From Candidatus Undinarchaeales archaeon (GTDB taxonomy: Archaea > SpSt-1190 > JASMDC01): a DNA stretch of 64,000 nt. The DNA lies in assembly GCA_030753015.1 (NCBI GenBank), contig JASMDC010000011.1:28844-92843 (forward strand), read 5' to 3'. Below the pieces are notes generated by a model. That model was not told where the DNA came from, made no database searches, and saw nothing but the letters and a program-made list of their open reading frames with translations. The position numbers were made by a program, and so were the translations under genes. Of this stretch, positions 18,932-28,263 are shown piece by piece (within the stretch, counting starts at the first letter, position 1; the number at the start of each line of letters is the position of its first letter).

Positions 18932-19216
18932 TTAAACGGCCGCTAAACAACTGGCAGTGGGATGCGTTCCATGAGCGAGGGCCACGGGGATCAGTGCATC
19001 CTCGCCCGTACCGGTGATGGGGGCAGCGTGTACCCTCCCCGGTCCTATCTCACCGAGGCACACGGGACACACTCTTCGTCCCTCCACGCGCTGGATGCAG
19101 GCGCTGCACACGACCGCTCTGCATCCACCGCATTCGAGGTACTCCCATTCTTCTTCAACAGCACTCCCGCAGACAGTGCATGTCCGTTCACCGTCACGTT
19201 CGGTCAGTAGGTCCAT
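18932..19216 (-). CDS. Small 8-Cys zinc finger protein (RING/FYVE-like)
   Basis: CTVC-x12-CGGC-x4-CSAC-x9-CPVC; GAGGTGA SD. Confidence 0.7.
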   Translation of the reverse strand: MDLLTERDGERTCTVCGSAVEEEWEYLECGGCRAVVCSACIQRVEGRRVCPVCLGEIGPGRVHAAPITGTGEDALIPVALAHGTHPTASCLAAV

Positions 19217-19226
19217 GTATCTCACC

Positions 19227-20675
19227 TCAGTCCTCGATGGCCTTCTTCAGGTCTCCTCCGCACTTGGGGCACCTGACGCACCTGTGGAGGATCGAGCTCT
19301 CGCAGTAGGGGCACACCTTCGTGCGCTCATCGTCCTTATCTTCGGTCTTGTCTTTGATCGCTTTCTTCTTTACGGTCTTCTTCTTCACGTCCTCGGTCCG
19401 GAGGCTCACGACCTCGATGTCCTCATCTTCCTCCTCGGAAGGCGCCTTCCGGACGGTCCTTCTCCGCCTGCGGTCAACGATCTCCTCGTCGCTAGAACCG
19501 TTCCCCTGGTCCCAGGAGAGTGCCACGGTGACCATCGCCCCGAGCCCGACTATCATGCCCAGGAGACTGATCCATTCACCCAGTATCGGCAGCCAGCGGA
19601 GGACTGTGAAGATCACCCATCCACCAAGGAACTGGACGTACCGGTTCTTCTCGGGCAGTGCCTGCTCACCGATGAGCACCGAGATGACCACCGTCGTCAG
19701 GAACAGCGCTGCGACGAACAGGAATCCCCCCATGATGGAGAAGGGGATGCCCACGATGGTGATCAGGAGGAGGATGAGGCCTATCGGTACGCCGATGAGC
19801 ACCCCGAATCCTATTGCACCGGTGTACAGCGGCTCGTCCATGATGGCCTCCGAGGTACGGTCGAGAAAGGGACCTCCCCAGTGCACCACGGCCAGGCCGA
19901 AGGCGAGCGAGGCCACTACGAACATGATGGTGAGCACGAACAGGACCATAGCTCCGATGGCGAGGATGCCCCCGACGAAGGGGAGGTTGTGGGCGAGGTC
20001 CGAATCGTCGAAATCGAAGGGCAGGTTCTCGTCCATGTGCTCGACGCGCTCCACGCTCCCCCGGACGCGGTCCAGGTTCCCCGGTGCGTCCTCAGCGCTG
20101 TAGACGAGGTTGCCGCCGATGATGGCGTCGGGTGAGATGTCGAAGTCCCCGGCACCGATCTTGGCGTTCGCCAGTACCTTCCCGCCGAGCCTCACGGCCC
20201 CAGCGTTCGCAGTAAGGTCGCCCCGCACGATACCGTCCATGTCCAGTTCACCGCAGAAGGCGACGAGCTCCCCGTCGATCACGGCAGTAGGACCAACACT
20301 GACCTCCCCGCCAAGGGCCACGACCTCGCCGGAGACATTTCCGCGGATGTCGACCTTACCGCCACCGGTACGTACATCGCCGCCGACGGCGTCGAGGATT
20401 GTCACATGACCGCCGCCGATGAGTATGTCGCCACGGACCGGGGCCCGGACCTCGACATCCCCTCCGAAGACTATTAGGTCGCCATTGACGGGAGCAGTGA
20501 CACGGACATTGCCCCCAGCGCTATAGACATTGTCGTCGATAGCCAGGCCATCACCTCCGATGGTGACCGTCTCGTGCTCTCCCATTGCCAGTGTGTATGC
20601 AGCGGCCGAGCCGATCATCACGAACAAGCAGATGATCGCAACCAGCATCCGGTTCATCGTTCGTTCCATCCTCAT
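19227..20675 (-). CDS. Bactofilin-like beta-helix membrane protein with C-terminal double-CxxC Zn ribbon
   Basis: Repeated GG.V.I...V.GD; multiple TM helices; CPYC..CPKC. Confidence 0.8.
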   Translation of the reverse strand: MRMERTMNRMLVAIICLFVMIGSAAAYTLAMGEHETVTIGGDGLAIDDNVYSAGGNVRVTAPVNGDLIVFGGDVEVRAPVRGDILIGGGHVTILDAVGGDVRTGGGKVDIRGNVSGEVVALGGEVSVGPTAVIDGELVAFCGELDMDGIVRGDLTANAGAVRLGGKVLANAKIGAGDFDISPDAIIGGNLVYSAEDAPGNLDRVRGSVERVEHMDENLPFDFDDSDLAHNLPFVGGILAIGAMVLFVLTIMFVVASLAFGLAVVHWGGPFLDRTSEAIMDEPLYTGAIGFGVLIGVPIGLILLLITIVGIPFSIMGGFLFVAALFLTTVVISVLIGEQALPEKNRYVQFLGGWVIFTVLRWLPILGEWISLLGMIVGLGAMVTVALSWDQGNGSSDEEIVDRRRRRTVRKAPSEEEDEDIEVVSLRTEDVKKKTVKKKAIKDKTEDKDDERTKVCPYCESSILHRCVRCPKCGGDLKKAIED

Positions 20676-21247
20676 CCCTCCTGTTTGATGATACTCGCGT
20701 TCCATTTCAGGTACCGGACCGTCAGGCCGGCGAAGGCCCTGGCCAGGTACATATCGACCATGACGAAAAGCAGCCCACCGAGAGAGAGCCCGATCATGAA
20801 GATGAGGCCGATGAAGGGATGGCCCCCGATGGTGTAGCCATACCCGCCGATCGATGACAGGATGATTGCGACGATCCCGGTGAGGCCACCGAAGGTAAAG
20901 CCCACAGCTACCGCGAAGAGCGCGAAGAGCACTCCGACCAGGGCAAGGAACGGTCCGAGGACGAACACGAGATTGAAGAAGCCGAGCCCTGCCGCAGCGA
21001 GCACCGCCCGCAGGATGTTCTCTATCGAAGCGGAGTCCTCGGCCCGCTGGACCATGAAGTCCGCCTTGAGCTGGCGGGCCAACGCCTTCGGGCTTCCGAG
21101 GGCGCGAGCTATACCATCCTCGCTCCGTCCCTCCTCGAGCCCTGCCTCGAAGTGCTCCCGGTAATCGTCGAGAACGTCCTCGAGATCGTCCTTGGGAACC
21201 CCACGTAGATGCCTCCTCAATGTCCCGATGTACTCCTTCCTATTCAT
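20672..21247 (-). CDS. DUF1700 (HAAS) membrane protein
   Basis: [13 protein letters not shown]...LGSP followed by TM helices. Confidence 0.88.
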   Translation of the reverse strand: MNRKEYIGTLRRHLRGVPKDDLEDVLDDYREHFEAGLEEGRSEDGIARALGSPKALARQLKADFMVQRAEDSASIENILRAVLAAAGLGFFNLVFVLGPFLALVGVLFALFAVAVGFTFGGLTGIVAIILSSIGGYGYTIGGHPFIGLIFMIGLSLGGLLFVMVDMYLARAFAGLTVRYLKWNASIIKQEG

Positions 21248-21560
21248 TATTGGCACCCTCCAGGAAATGATTCACACGCTCGACGAAGGTCAGCCACTCG
21301 TCGGTAAGCTCGTCCTTCATCGTCTTCCCTTCCGATGTCAGCTTGTAGTACTTCCGGGGGGGCCCCTCCTGGGACTCCTGTAGGTAGGTGGTGACGTAAC
21401 CGTCATTCTTCAATCGGCGGAGAAGGGGGTAGATCGTGCCCTCGGAGATTGAGATGTTCTTGGAGATCTCGGCCACGAGTTCGTAGCCGTAGCAGTCCTT
21501 ACGTCTCAGCTGGGCGAGCACACAGAGCTCCAGTACGCCTTTCTTGAATTGGATGTTCAT
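21240..21560 (-). CDS. PadR-family transcriptional regulator
   Basis: [27 protein letters not shown] and GPPRKYY motifs. Confidence 0.95.
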   Translation of the reverse strand: MNIQFKKGVLELCVLAQLRRKDCYGYELVAEISKNISISEGTIYPLLRRLKNDGYVTTYLQESQEGPPRKYYKLTSEGKTMKDELTDEWLTFVERVNHFLEGANNE

Positions 21561-21595
21561 GAAGTCATCACCTCACTAGGGTTTGTTGAATGCAC

Positions 21596-21658
21596 AGTAC
21601 CTTGTAGTACAAGGTACTATATATACCTTTGCATTGGAACGCAAGGTACTATATATAC
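21596..21658. promoter_or_regulatory. Probable PadR operator: palindrome AGTACCTTGTA-G-TACAAGGTACT plus a second related site
   Basis: Perfect 11-bp arms at 21596-21618; CAAGGTACTATATATAC at 21610 and 21642. Confidence 0.75.
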
Positions 21659-21716
21659 GGAGGTAATATGGCCCCTCGTGCAAAGGCATTTAAGGAGTGT
21701 TCCCCAACTCCGCCCG

Positions 21717-22433
21717 ATGCGCCGCTTCCACGACATCGGCCTCCGGTACCCCGGAACACCCGAGGACGCCAGGGAGCTCGTCACCGAGGCGAAGCGCATG
21801 GGCTTCCATCGCGTGTGCATCAACGTCCCGGTCCGGGGCAAGGAAGGGATCAAGCTCCTCAAGTCGCTCAGGGACCAGGACCTCGGAGAAGGGACGCTCA
21901 TCGGCGCCGATATCGACGTGATCGGCGGCTCCAAGAACGGTCTCCATAACCTTCTCGGCCGGGCGAGGAAGCTCGCTGACATTGTCGCGGTACTGGGCGG
22001 TGACCTGGCGATCAACAAGTACGCTGTCGAGTCGCGCGAGACCGATGTGCTCCGCGCCCCCTATCGCGGCAGACGTGATTCGGGCGTGGACAAGGTCGTA
22101 GCGGAGGCCGCTGCCAGGAACGGTGTAGCGCTGGAGCTCTCGTTCGCTGATGTGCTCGCTCCCAACAGCGGTCGGATCGGTCTCCTCCGACGGCTCGGAG
22201 AGCTCGTTGAATTTGCAGGAGCGTTCGATACCTGCTTGGTGCTTTCCAGCGGTGCCATCGATATGCTCGGGCTTCGGGTGCCACAGGACCTTGCCGCGTT
22301 CGTCACCTGTCTCGGGATGGACAATGAGGACGCCCTTGAGGCCGTAAGCACGGTACCGGGCGAGGTCGTGGACAGGGCATTAGAGCGAAAGGACGAGCGC
22401 ATCATCGCGCCAGGAGTGCGGGTGATCGGATGA
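21717..22433 (+). CDS. rnp3: RNase P protein component 3 (Rpp30)
   Basis: GG...INKYAVE..DVL, AA.NGVALE and SSGA...LR.P motifs; operon context. Confidence 0.85.
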   Translation: MRRFHDIGLRYPGTPEDARELVTEAKRMGFHRVCINVPVRGKEGIKLLKSLRDQDLGEGTLIGADIDVIGGSKNGLHNLLGRARKLADIVAVLGGDLAINKYAVESRETDVLRAPYRGRRDSGVDKVVAEAAARNGVALELSFADVLAPNSGRIGLLRRLGELVEFAGAFDTCLVLSSGAIDMLGLRVPQDLAAFVTCLGMDNEDALEAVSTVPGEVVDRALERKDERIIAPGVRVIG

Positions 22434-22816
22434 ACGAGAAGAAGAAGCGGCGAGTGCCGGCTTACTTGCGAAAACGAAAGAGATATATAGTGTACCAAGT
22501 TTGGCCAGCCGGGAACCCTACCCCAGGGTTCAACGATGTGGACAGGGCCATCCGGTCGTCCGTCCGGTCATTTCTCGGCGACCATGGGGCGGCTCAGGCC
22601 GGCGTGTGGGTCATGAAGGACCGGTACGACCCCGCGACCGGGCAGGGCCTCGTCCGCTGCGTGCATGAACGGGTCGATCAGGTCAGGGCCTCTCTGGCCC
22701 TCGTGACCGGGATCGGCGATGCACGGGTCCGCATCGACACCCTGGGCGTCTCCGGTTCGATTAGAACAGCAAAGCGAAAGTTCACGGGTGATGAGAATGG
22801 AACTAATGACACCTGA
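22430..22816 (+). CDS. rnp2: RNase P protein component 2 (Pop5)
   Basis: LRKRKRYI, GLVRC and LGVSGSI motifs. Confidence 0.9.
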   Translation: MNEKKKRRVPAYLRKRKRYIVYQVWPAGNPTPGFNDVDRAIRSSVRSFLGDHGAAQAGVWVMKDRYDPATGQGLVRCVHERVDQVRASLALVTGIGDARVRIDTLGVSGSIRTAKRKFTGDENGTNDT

Positions 22817-23540
22817 AATGATGGGATATGATCGTGCGAGTACCGTCTTCTCTCCGGACGGCCGCCTCTTCCAGGTCCAGTACGCCATGGAAGCGGTACG
22901 GAGGGGCGCCACAGCCATTGGCATCGTCTGCAAGGACGGTGTCGTGCTTGCGGCGGACAAGCGCATCTCCAATGTGCTCATGGTCCACAGCTTTGTCGAG
23001 AAGATCTTCGAAGTGGACGATCACGTGGGGGTCGCAACCTCCGGACTTGTGGCCGACGGGCGCAAGCTCGTGGACGACGCGCGCATCGAATCCCAACGTA
23101 ACCATATAGTGTTCGACGAGGCCATCGAGATCGCCTCTCTGGTCAAGCGCATCTGCGACATCAAGCAGCTTTTCACACAGTACGGAGGGCTAAGGCCCTT
23201 CGGTGTCTCCCTCCTCATCGTAGGTGTGGACGAGACCGGGCCCCGCCTCTTCGAGACCGATCCCAGCGGTACACCTACCGAGTGGAAGGCCACCGCCGTG
23301 GGAGAGGGACGCAAAGAGGTCCTCGAGTACCTAAAGGAGAACTACAAGGACGATATCTCCCTTGAAAAAGGCCTCGGTCTGGTGTTCAAGGCGCTCCAGC
23401 GCATCATGAAGGAGCCGATCGAGCCCGAGAAGATTGAGGCCGCGATAATCACCACCAAGGAGCGGAAGTTCACCAAGCTAGGGAAGGACCGGCTCGTCAA
23501 GTACCTCAAGAAGCTCGAGCCTGAGAAGGACAAGGACTAG
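22797..23540 (+). CDS. psmA: Proteasome alpha subunit
   Basis: GYDRASTVFSPDGRLFQVQYA, RPFGVSL and ETDPSG motifs. Confidence 0.97.
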   Translation: MELMTPEMMGYDRASTVFSPDGRLFQVQYAMEAVRRGATAIGIVCKDGVVLAADKRISNVLMVHSFVEKIFEVDDHVGVATSGLVADGRKLVDDARIESQRNHIVFDEAIEIASLVKRICDIKQLFTQYGGLRPFGVSLLIVGVDETGPRLFETDPSGTPTEWKATAVGEGRKEVLEYLKENYKDDISLEKGLGLVFKALQRIMKEPIEPEKIEAAIITTKERKFTKLGKDRLVKYLKKLEPEKDKD

Positions 23541-23553
23541 GGGGTCGGCCAGC

Positions 23554-24258
23554 GTGGTCGACATCGACCGGGCAGTGATCGCCCGGCTCCAGAAGTTCGG
23601 ATCGACCTTCGAGATCCTCGTGGACCCCGACGTGGCTCGGGAGTACAAGGAGGGCAAGAAGGTCGATATCGACAAGCTCATGGCGGCCCAGGACGTGTTC
23701 AAGGACGCTCACAGTGGAGACCGGTGCGGCGAAGAATCGCTGTTGAAGGTGTTCGAGACCACCAATCCATTCGAGGTCGCCAAGCAGATACTCGACAAGG
23801 GCCAGATCCAGCTCACAACCGAGCAGAAGCGCCATATGGCGGAGGAGAAGTACAAGCAGGTCGCAGCCCTCATCGCCCGCAATGCGATCAATCCGCAGAC
23901 AGGCACTCCGCACCCCGTTGTCCGTATCGAGCGTGCCATGGAAGAGGCAAAGGTGCACTGCGATATCTTCAAGGACGCCGAGCAGCAGATGGCCGACGTC
24001 GTCAAGCTGCTCAGGCCGCTCCTGCCGCTCAAGTTCGAGACGCGAATAATCGCGCTGAAGGTTCCTCCGAGCTTTGCGAGCAACGCTCAGCGGGAGGTCC
24101 GCACGTTCGGTGAGATGAAGCAGGACCAGTGGCTCAAGGACGGATCATGGGTCGCCGTGGTGGAGATACCTGCGGGGATGCAGGACGAGTTCTTCGGTAA
24201 GCTCGCCGGCCTCACCCATGGCGAGGCCGAGACGCGCGTGCTGGAACATTTCCCCTGA
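23554..24258 (+). CDS. Ribosome maturation factor SBDS/SDO1
   Basis: FEILVDP, GQIQLTTEQ and NPQT..PHP..RIE motifs. Confidence 0.96.
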   Translation: MVDIDRAVIARLQKFGSTFEILVDPDVAREYKEGKKVDIDKLMAAQDVFKDAHSGDRCGEESLLKVFETTNPFEVAKQILDKGQIQLTTEQKRHMAEEKYKQVAALIARNAINPQTGTPHPVVRIERAMEEAKVHCDIFKDAEQQMADVVKLLRPLLPLKFETRIIALKVPPSFASNAQREVRTFGEMKQDQWLKDGSWVAVVEIPAGMQDEFFGKLAGLTHGEAETRVLEHFP

Positions 24259-24273
24259 GCACTGGTGACATCG

Positions 24274-24945
24274 ATGGCCCGCATCCTTGTGAAACCTCGG
24301 CAGCTCGTCGTTCCCGGTACACCGCTAGCATCGGGTGTGGTGGGGGGCGCCGCCCCCGGCACCCGGCTCGATGGTGATACGCTCTATGCCACCGTCGTGG
24401 GCCTGGCGTCGGTGCGTAGTGGCGATGTGGGCATCATCCCCCTGGGAGGCCCCTACCTGCCGTCCAAGGGCGATATTGTCATCGGCATCGTCACGGCCGT
24501 ACGCGGAACGTGGATAGAGATCGACATCAAGGCACCCTGGTCCGCGGACCTGGGGCTGGAGGGGGGTGACGACCGGAGACCGGAGCGTGGCTGGCGGAAA
24601 GGTGACGCAGTGCTCGCGACCGTGACCGGGATGGACGAGGAGAAGCACGCTATGCTCGACATCAGCGGAATGGACCATGGTCCGATCTCCGAGGGGCTCC
24701 TCATCGATGTACCGGCCCCCAAGGTGGCCCGGCTAATCGGGCGTAGTGGGAGCATGGTGGGCATGATCCGTGAGCTTACCGGCTGCACCATAATCGTCGG
24801 CCTCAACGGACGTGTCATGATACAAGGGACGCCCGGGGGCCAGCTCCTGGCCGCACGGGCCGTCGGGCTCGTCGAGGCCAATGCTCACACTCACGGATTG
24901 ACCGATGCCGTTCGTGTGTTCCTGGAAGGTGAGCGCCGTGATTAA
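24274..24945 (+). CDS. rrp4: Exosome RNA-binding subunit Rrp4 (divergent)
   Basis: VVPG, YLP..GD.VIG (S1) and KH-like RLIGRSGSM..GLNG; operon position. Confidence 0.85.
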   Translation: MARILVKPRQLVVPGTPLASGVVGGAAPGTRLDGDTLYATVVGLASVRSGDVGIIPLGGPYLPSKGDIVIGIVTAVRGTWIEIDIKAPWSADLGLEGGDDRRPERGWRKGDAVLATVTGMDEEKHAMLDISGMDHGPISEGLLIDVPAPKVARLIGRSGSMVGMIRELTGCTIIVGLNGRVMIQGTPGGQLLAARAVGLVEANAHTHGLTDAVRVFLEGERRD

Positions 24946-25651
24946 TAGGCGACCCGAGAGCCTGTTCGTCGATGGAAGACGGCTTGATGGCCGAGCTCTC
25001 GACGCGTTGGGCACCGCTGTGGCCGAGACCGGGATAATCCCCCAGGCCGACGGGTCCGCAAAGGTGGAACGGAGCGGCACAAAGGTGCTCGCCACGGTCC
25101 GCGGTCCACATGAGCCCCAAAAGCATGAAGATGATCTCACGCACGTTCGCTGCACTATAGATGTCCCCTCGTTCAGTGGTCCTGTACAGCATGACGACCT
25201 CACCGAACGGATGGAGGGGGCCTTGTGCTCTCTGGTGCTCTTCGACGACCTCCCCGGGTGTGTAGTCGATGTGCGTATCCAACTCGTGGCCTCGGGCGCA
25301 AGCGTTCTCGCCACGGCCCTCGCCGCCGCTACTCTCGCACTGGCCGACGCCGGTGTGCCCATGCGCGATCTGGTGGCCGCTGTGGACGTGGTCATCGTCC
25401 ATGATGCACAGGGGAAACGGTTCATCGCCCTGGATCCGTCAGAGATCGAGGGTACATGGGCCTCGTCCACGATCACTGTATGCTTCACCTGCCATAGGGG
25501 GGACCTCGTCCTTCTCTGTGCTAACGGCAGGCAATCACAGGACGAGCTTGAGAGCGCCCTCACGCTCGCAGCGCGTGGCATGGGCGCCGTCAGCGACCTC
25601 ATGACCGACTCGTTCCTCCGCCGGTATGCGACAAGAGGTGAGGACAAATGA
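24938..25651 (+). CDS. rrp41: Exosome subunit Rrp41, catalytic residues absent
   Basis: DGRRLDGR, ADGSA and LALADAGVPMRDL motifs; GTG start with SD. Confidence 0.85.
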   Translation: MINRRPESLFVDGRRLDGRALDALGTAVAETGIIPQADGSAKVERSGTKVLATVRGPHEPQKHEDDLTHVRCTIDVPSFSGPVQHDDLTERMEGALCSLVLFDDLPGCVVDVRIQLVASGASVLATALAAATLALADAGVPMRDLVAAVDVVIVHDAQGKRFIALDPSEIEGTWASSTITVCFTCHRGDLVLLCANGRQSQDELESALTLAARGMGAVSDLMTDSFLRRYATRGEDK

Positions 25652-26421
25652 TACCTGCCCGACTGGTGGATTGCACCGTGGTCCGTCGAACGGTACGACG
25701 TTCTCTAGCGAACGGTCAGCGGTTCGATGGCAGGGGTCTGGGCGATGTCCGGCCCGTGAAGGTCATGTGCGACGTGGCTCCCGTGGCCGAGGGCTCCGCT
25801 CAGGCGTTCATTGGGATGACGCATGTCATCGCCGGTGTCCGGCTCGAGGCTGCTCCGCCCGTGGCGGACCATCCTGTGGAGGGAGTGCTCCATGTCCATG
25901 CCGGCAAGGATGGTGCTCGTCTTGCCTGGGCCGTTGAGCGTACCCTTCGTGATACCGAGGCCGTTGACCTCATGCGTCTGTGCATCGAGCCAGGACGGAC
26001 CGTGTGGCACGTGTGGCTCGACGTGCGCTGCATCAACGATGACGGTTCCCTGGTCGATGCCTGTGTATTGGCATCGGTCGCAGCTCTCGCCACGGCGCAG
26101 ATGCCACGCTTCGACGGCGGGAGAGTGGTCCGGGACGAGCGGATAGGTCCACTGATGGTGGACGGCCTACCTGTCACCTGCACTCTTGGCCTGGTGGACG
26201 GAAAGCTCGTGGCCGACCTCACCCGGGAGGAGGGGACGGTGGCCGACGCCAAGGTGCGCGTAACCTTCCAACCGGACGGCGCTCTCGCACAGGTCATGGC
26301 TAGTGGTCGGGGCACGCTCTCGTCAGACAAGATATCGCAGGCCGTCGCACTCGCGAAGAGGGCAGCACCGACGCTCCGTGAGGGTGTCCTGGCCGCCGTC
26401 GCAAGGTTTAAAAAAGCCTAG
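25648..26421 (+). CDS. rrp42: Exosome subunit Rrp42 (divergent)
   Basis: RFDGR, AEGSA, LCIEPG..W, DGSLVDA and DLTREE motifs. Confidence 0.85.
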   Translation: MIPARLVDCTVVRRTVRRSLANGQRFDGRGLGDVRPVKVMCDVAPVAEGSAQAFIGMTHVIAGVRLEAAPPVADHPVEGVLHVHAGKDGARLAWAVERTLRDTEAVDLMRLCIEPGRTVWHVWLDVRCINDDGSLVDACVLASVAALATAQMPRFDGGRVVRDERIGPLMVDGLPVTCTLGLVDGKLVADLTREEGTVADAKVRVTFQPDGALAQVMASGRGTLSSDKISQAVALAKRAAPTLREGVLAAVARFKKA

Positions 26422-26436
26422 GTGGTGGGCTTGGCG

Positions 26437-27033
26437 ATGAGCAGGCAAAGGAAACTCGTGCCGTTGGAGAAGTACCTTGTCAGTGGCGTACATATCGGCA
26501 CCCGCCAGAAGATGAAGGATATGAGCGAGTTCATTTACAAGCTCCGTCCTGACGGTCTGGCCGTGATGAACATCCAGAAGATCGACGAGCGCCTGCGGGT
26601 AGTCTCCCGATTCCTATCCCGGTACGAACCTGGCGAGGTTCTGGTCGTGGCAGCCCGTGAGACCGCCAAGAAACCGATCCGCAAGTTCGCCGAGGCCACG
26701 GGGTGCAAGCCCTGCATTGGACGGTTCATGCCCGGGACCCTTACAAATCCTGCTTACGAGAAGTACACTGAGCCGAGGGTCGTGTTCGTCAATGATCCGA
26801 TCGCCGACAAGCAGTGTATCACCGAGGCCATGGAGGTGGGTATCCCCATCGTGTCCCTCTGTGATACCAACCACATTAAAGAGAACATCGACCTGATCAT
26901 CCCCGCCAACAACAAGGGGAAGAAGTCGCTCGGGCTGGTCTACTGGATCATCGCTAAGGAGATGCTCATCGAGCGCGGGGTCCTTCCTCCGGATGTCGAG
27001 TACGAAGTACCAGTGGAAGAGTTCGGAGGCTAA
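26437..27033 (+). CDS. rps2: 30S ribosomal protein uS2
   Basis: YLVSGVHIGT, GRFMPGTLTNP and IPANNKG motifs. Confidence 0.97.
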   Translation: MSRQRKLVPLEKYLVSGVHIGTRQKMKDMSEFIYKLRPDGLAVMNIQKIDERLRVVSRFLSRYEPGEVLVVAARETAKKPIRKFAEATGCKPCIGRFMPGTLTNPAYEKYTEPRVVFVNDPIADKQCITEAMEVGIPIVSLCDTNHIKENIDLIIPANNKGKKSLGLVYWIIAKEMLIERGVLPPDVEYEVPVEEFGG

Positions 27034-27036
27034 GAT

Positions 27037-27876
27037 ATGCTACGGCTCCCGGCAGTGGCGGGCCAGCATTACTTTGCAGATACTGATAAGCTCGAGCTCC
27101 AGATCAAGCACTGTTTCACCCATGAGCTCGGTCCCGGAGCGCTCCCTGGAGAGCGCTCGGACAAGCGTATACACGGCATCATCGTCCCCCACGGTGCGTT
27201 CATGTTCTCCGGTGCCTGCGCGGCCCATGCCTACAAGTTGATCGGTGAGTCCGCGAAGCCGGACGTTGTCATCATCGTCGGACCCAACCACACGGGCACT
27301 GGTGCAGGCCTTGCCGTCTACCCGGCCGGCGCGTGGAAGACGCCGTTGGGGGAAGTGAAGGTGGACGAGGCGTTCGCCAAGACCATCGTGAAACACGGTG
27401 AGATGCTCGACCTGGACGAGATGGCGCACCAGTACGAGCCATCCATCGAGACACAGCTTCCGTTCCTCCAGTTCGTGCTCCCCGACGTCCCTATCGTCCC
27501 CATCCTAATGATGATCCACGACATGGACGCCTGCGACGACGTCGCCTTCTCGATCGTCGACGCTGCTGAGGAGATGAAGAAGAAGGTGCTCATCATCGCT
27601 TCCTCGGACTTCTCGCACTTCGTCCCCGCCCGCGTGGCATCGGAGCTGGACGATCTGGTGCTCCAGAACATCGAGAAGCTCGACGAGGAGCGTCTGATGA
27701 AGACCATCGAGCGTAAGAAGGTCTCCATGTGCGGATTCGCGCCCGTGAGCGCGATGATGGTCGCCTGTAAGGAGATGGGCGCCAAGAGTGCCCGTGTGCT
27801 CAAGTACTACACTTCGGGTGAGATCCTAAACGACAACACCCAGGTCAATGGCTACGCATCGTGTGTCGTGGAGTAA
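27037..27876 (+). CDS. MEMO1/AmmeMemoRadiSam protein B family
   Basis: PAVAG, VPHG, GPNHTG, SSDFSH and SMCG motifs. Confidence 0.92.
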   Translation: MLRLPAVAGQHYFADTDKLELQIKHCFTHELGPGALPGERSDKRIHGIIVPHGAFMFSGACAAHAYKLIGESAKPDVVIIVGPNHTGTGAGLAVYPAGAWKTPLGEVKVDEAFAKTIVKHGEMLDLDEMAHQYEPSIETQLPFLQFVLPDVPIVPILMMIHDMDACDDVAFSIVDAAEEMKKKVLIIASSDFSHFVPARVASELDDLVLQNIEKLDEERLMKTIERKKVSMCGFAPVSAMMVACKEMGAKSARVLKYYTSGEILNDNTQVNGYASCVVE

Positions 27877-27975
27877 CGCTCGCATCATCTCCGAGACGTT
27901 CGGACGAGGCACCTCCTATACAAGCCTTATAAATATCAACGGGTATCAATACAGTACGCTCGGAGGGCGAGAACC

Positions 27976-28236
27976 ATGGAGGAAACAGCGACCTGGCTCA
28001 AGGACGTTCTCGGGGGTGAGAAGCGGCTCCATGAGGTCCTCGAAAAGCTCGAGGGGAATGAGAAGCTCTCTCTCCATTGGTTCGAGAAGCTCGGCGCGAT
28101 CATCGACGAGCATGGCGCGGAGATCGATGATACCATGGTGATCCGCCTCTCCACCCTTCTGGACGAGTTCGGACGGCTCGCGTCCACCAGTTCCTGTCTC
28201 CGTTCGGAGATAGAGTTCATCCTCAAGAAGAGCTGA
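27976..28236 (+). CDS. Hypothetical protein
   Basis: GGAGG SD and TATA box; 86 aa. Confidence 0.6.
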   Translation: MEETATWLKDVLGGEKRLHEVLEKLEGNEKLSLHWFEKLGAIIDEHGAEIDDTMVIRLSTLLDEFGRLASTSSCLRSEIEFILKKS

Positions 28237-28263
28237 GGCTGCTGGCCTCCAGAGGCGTTCCAC

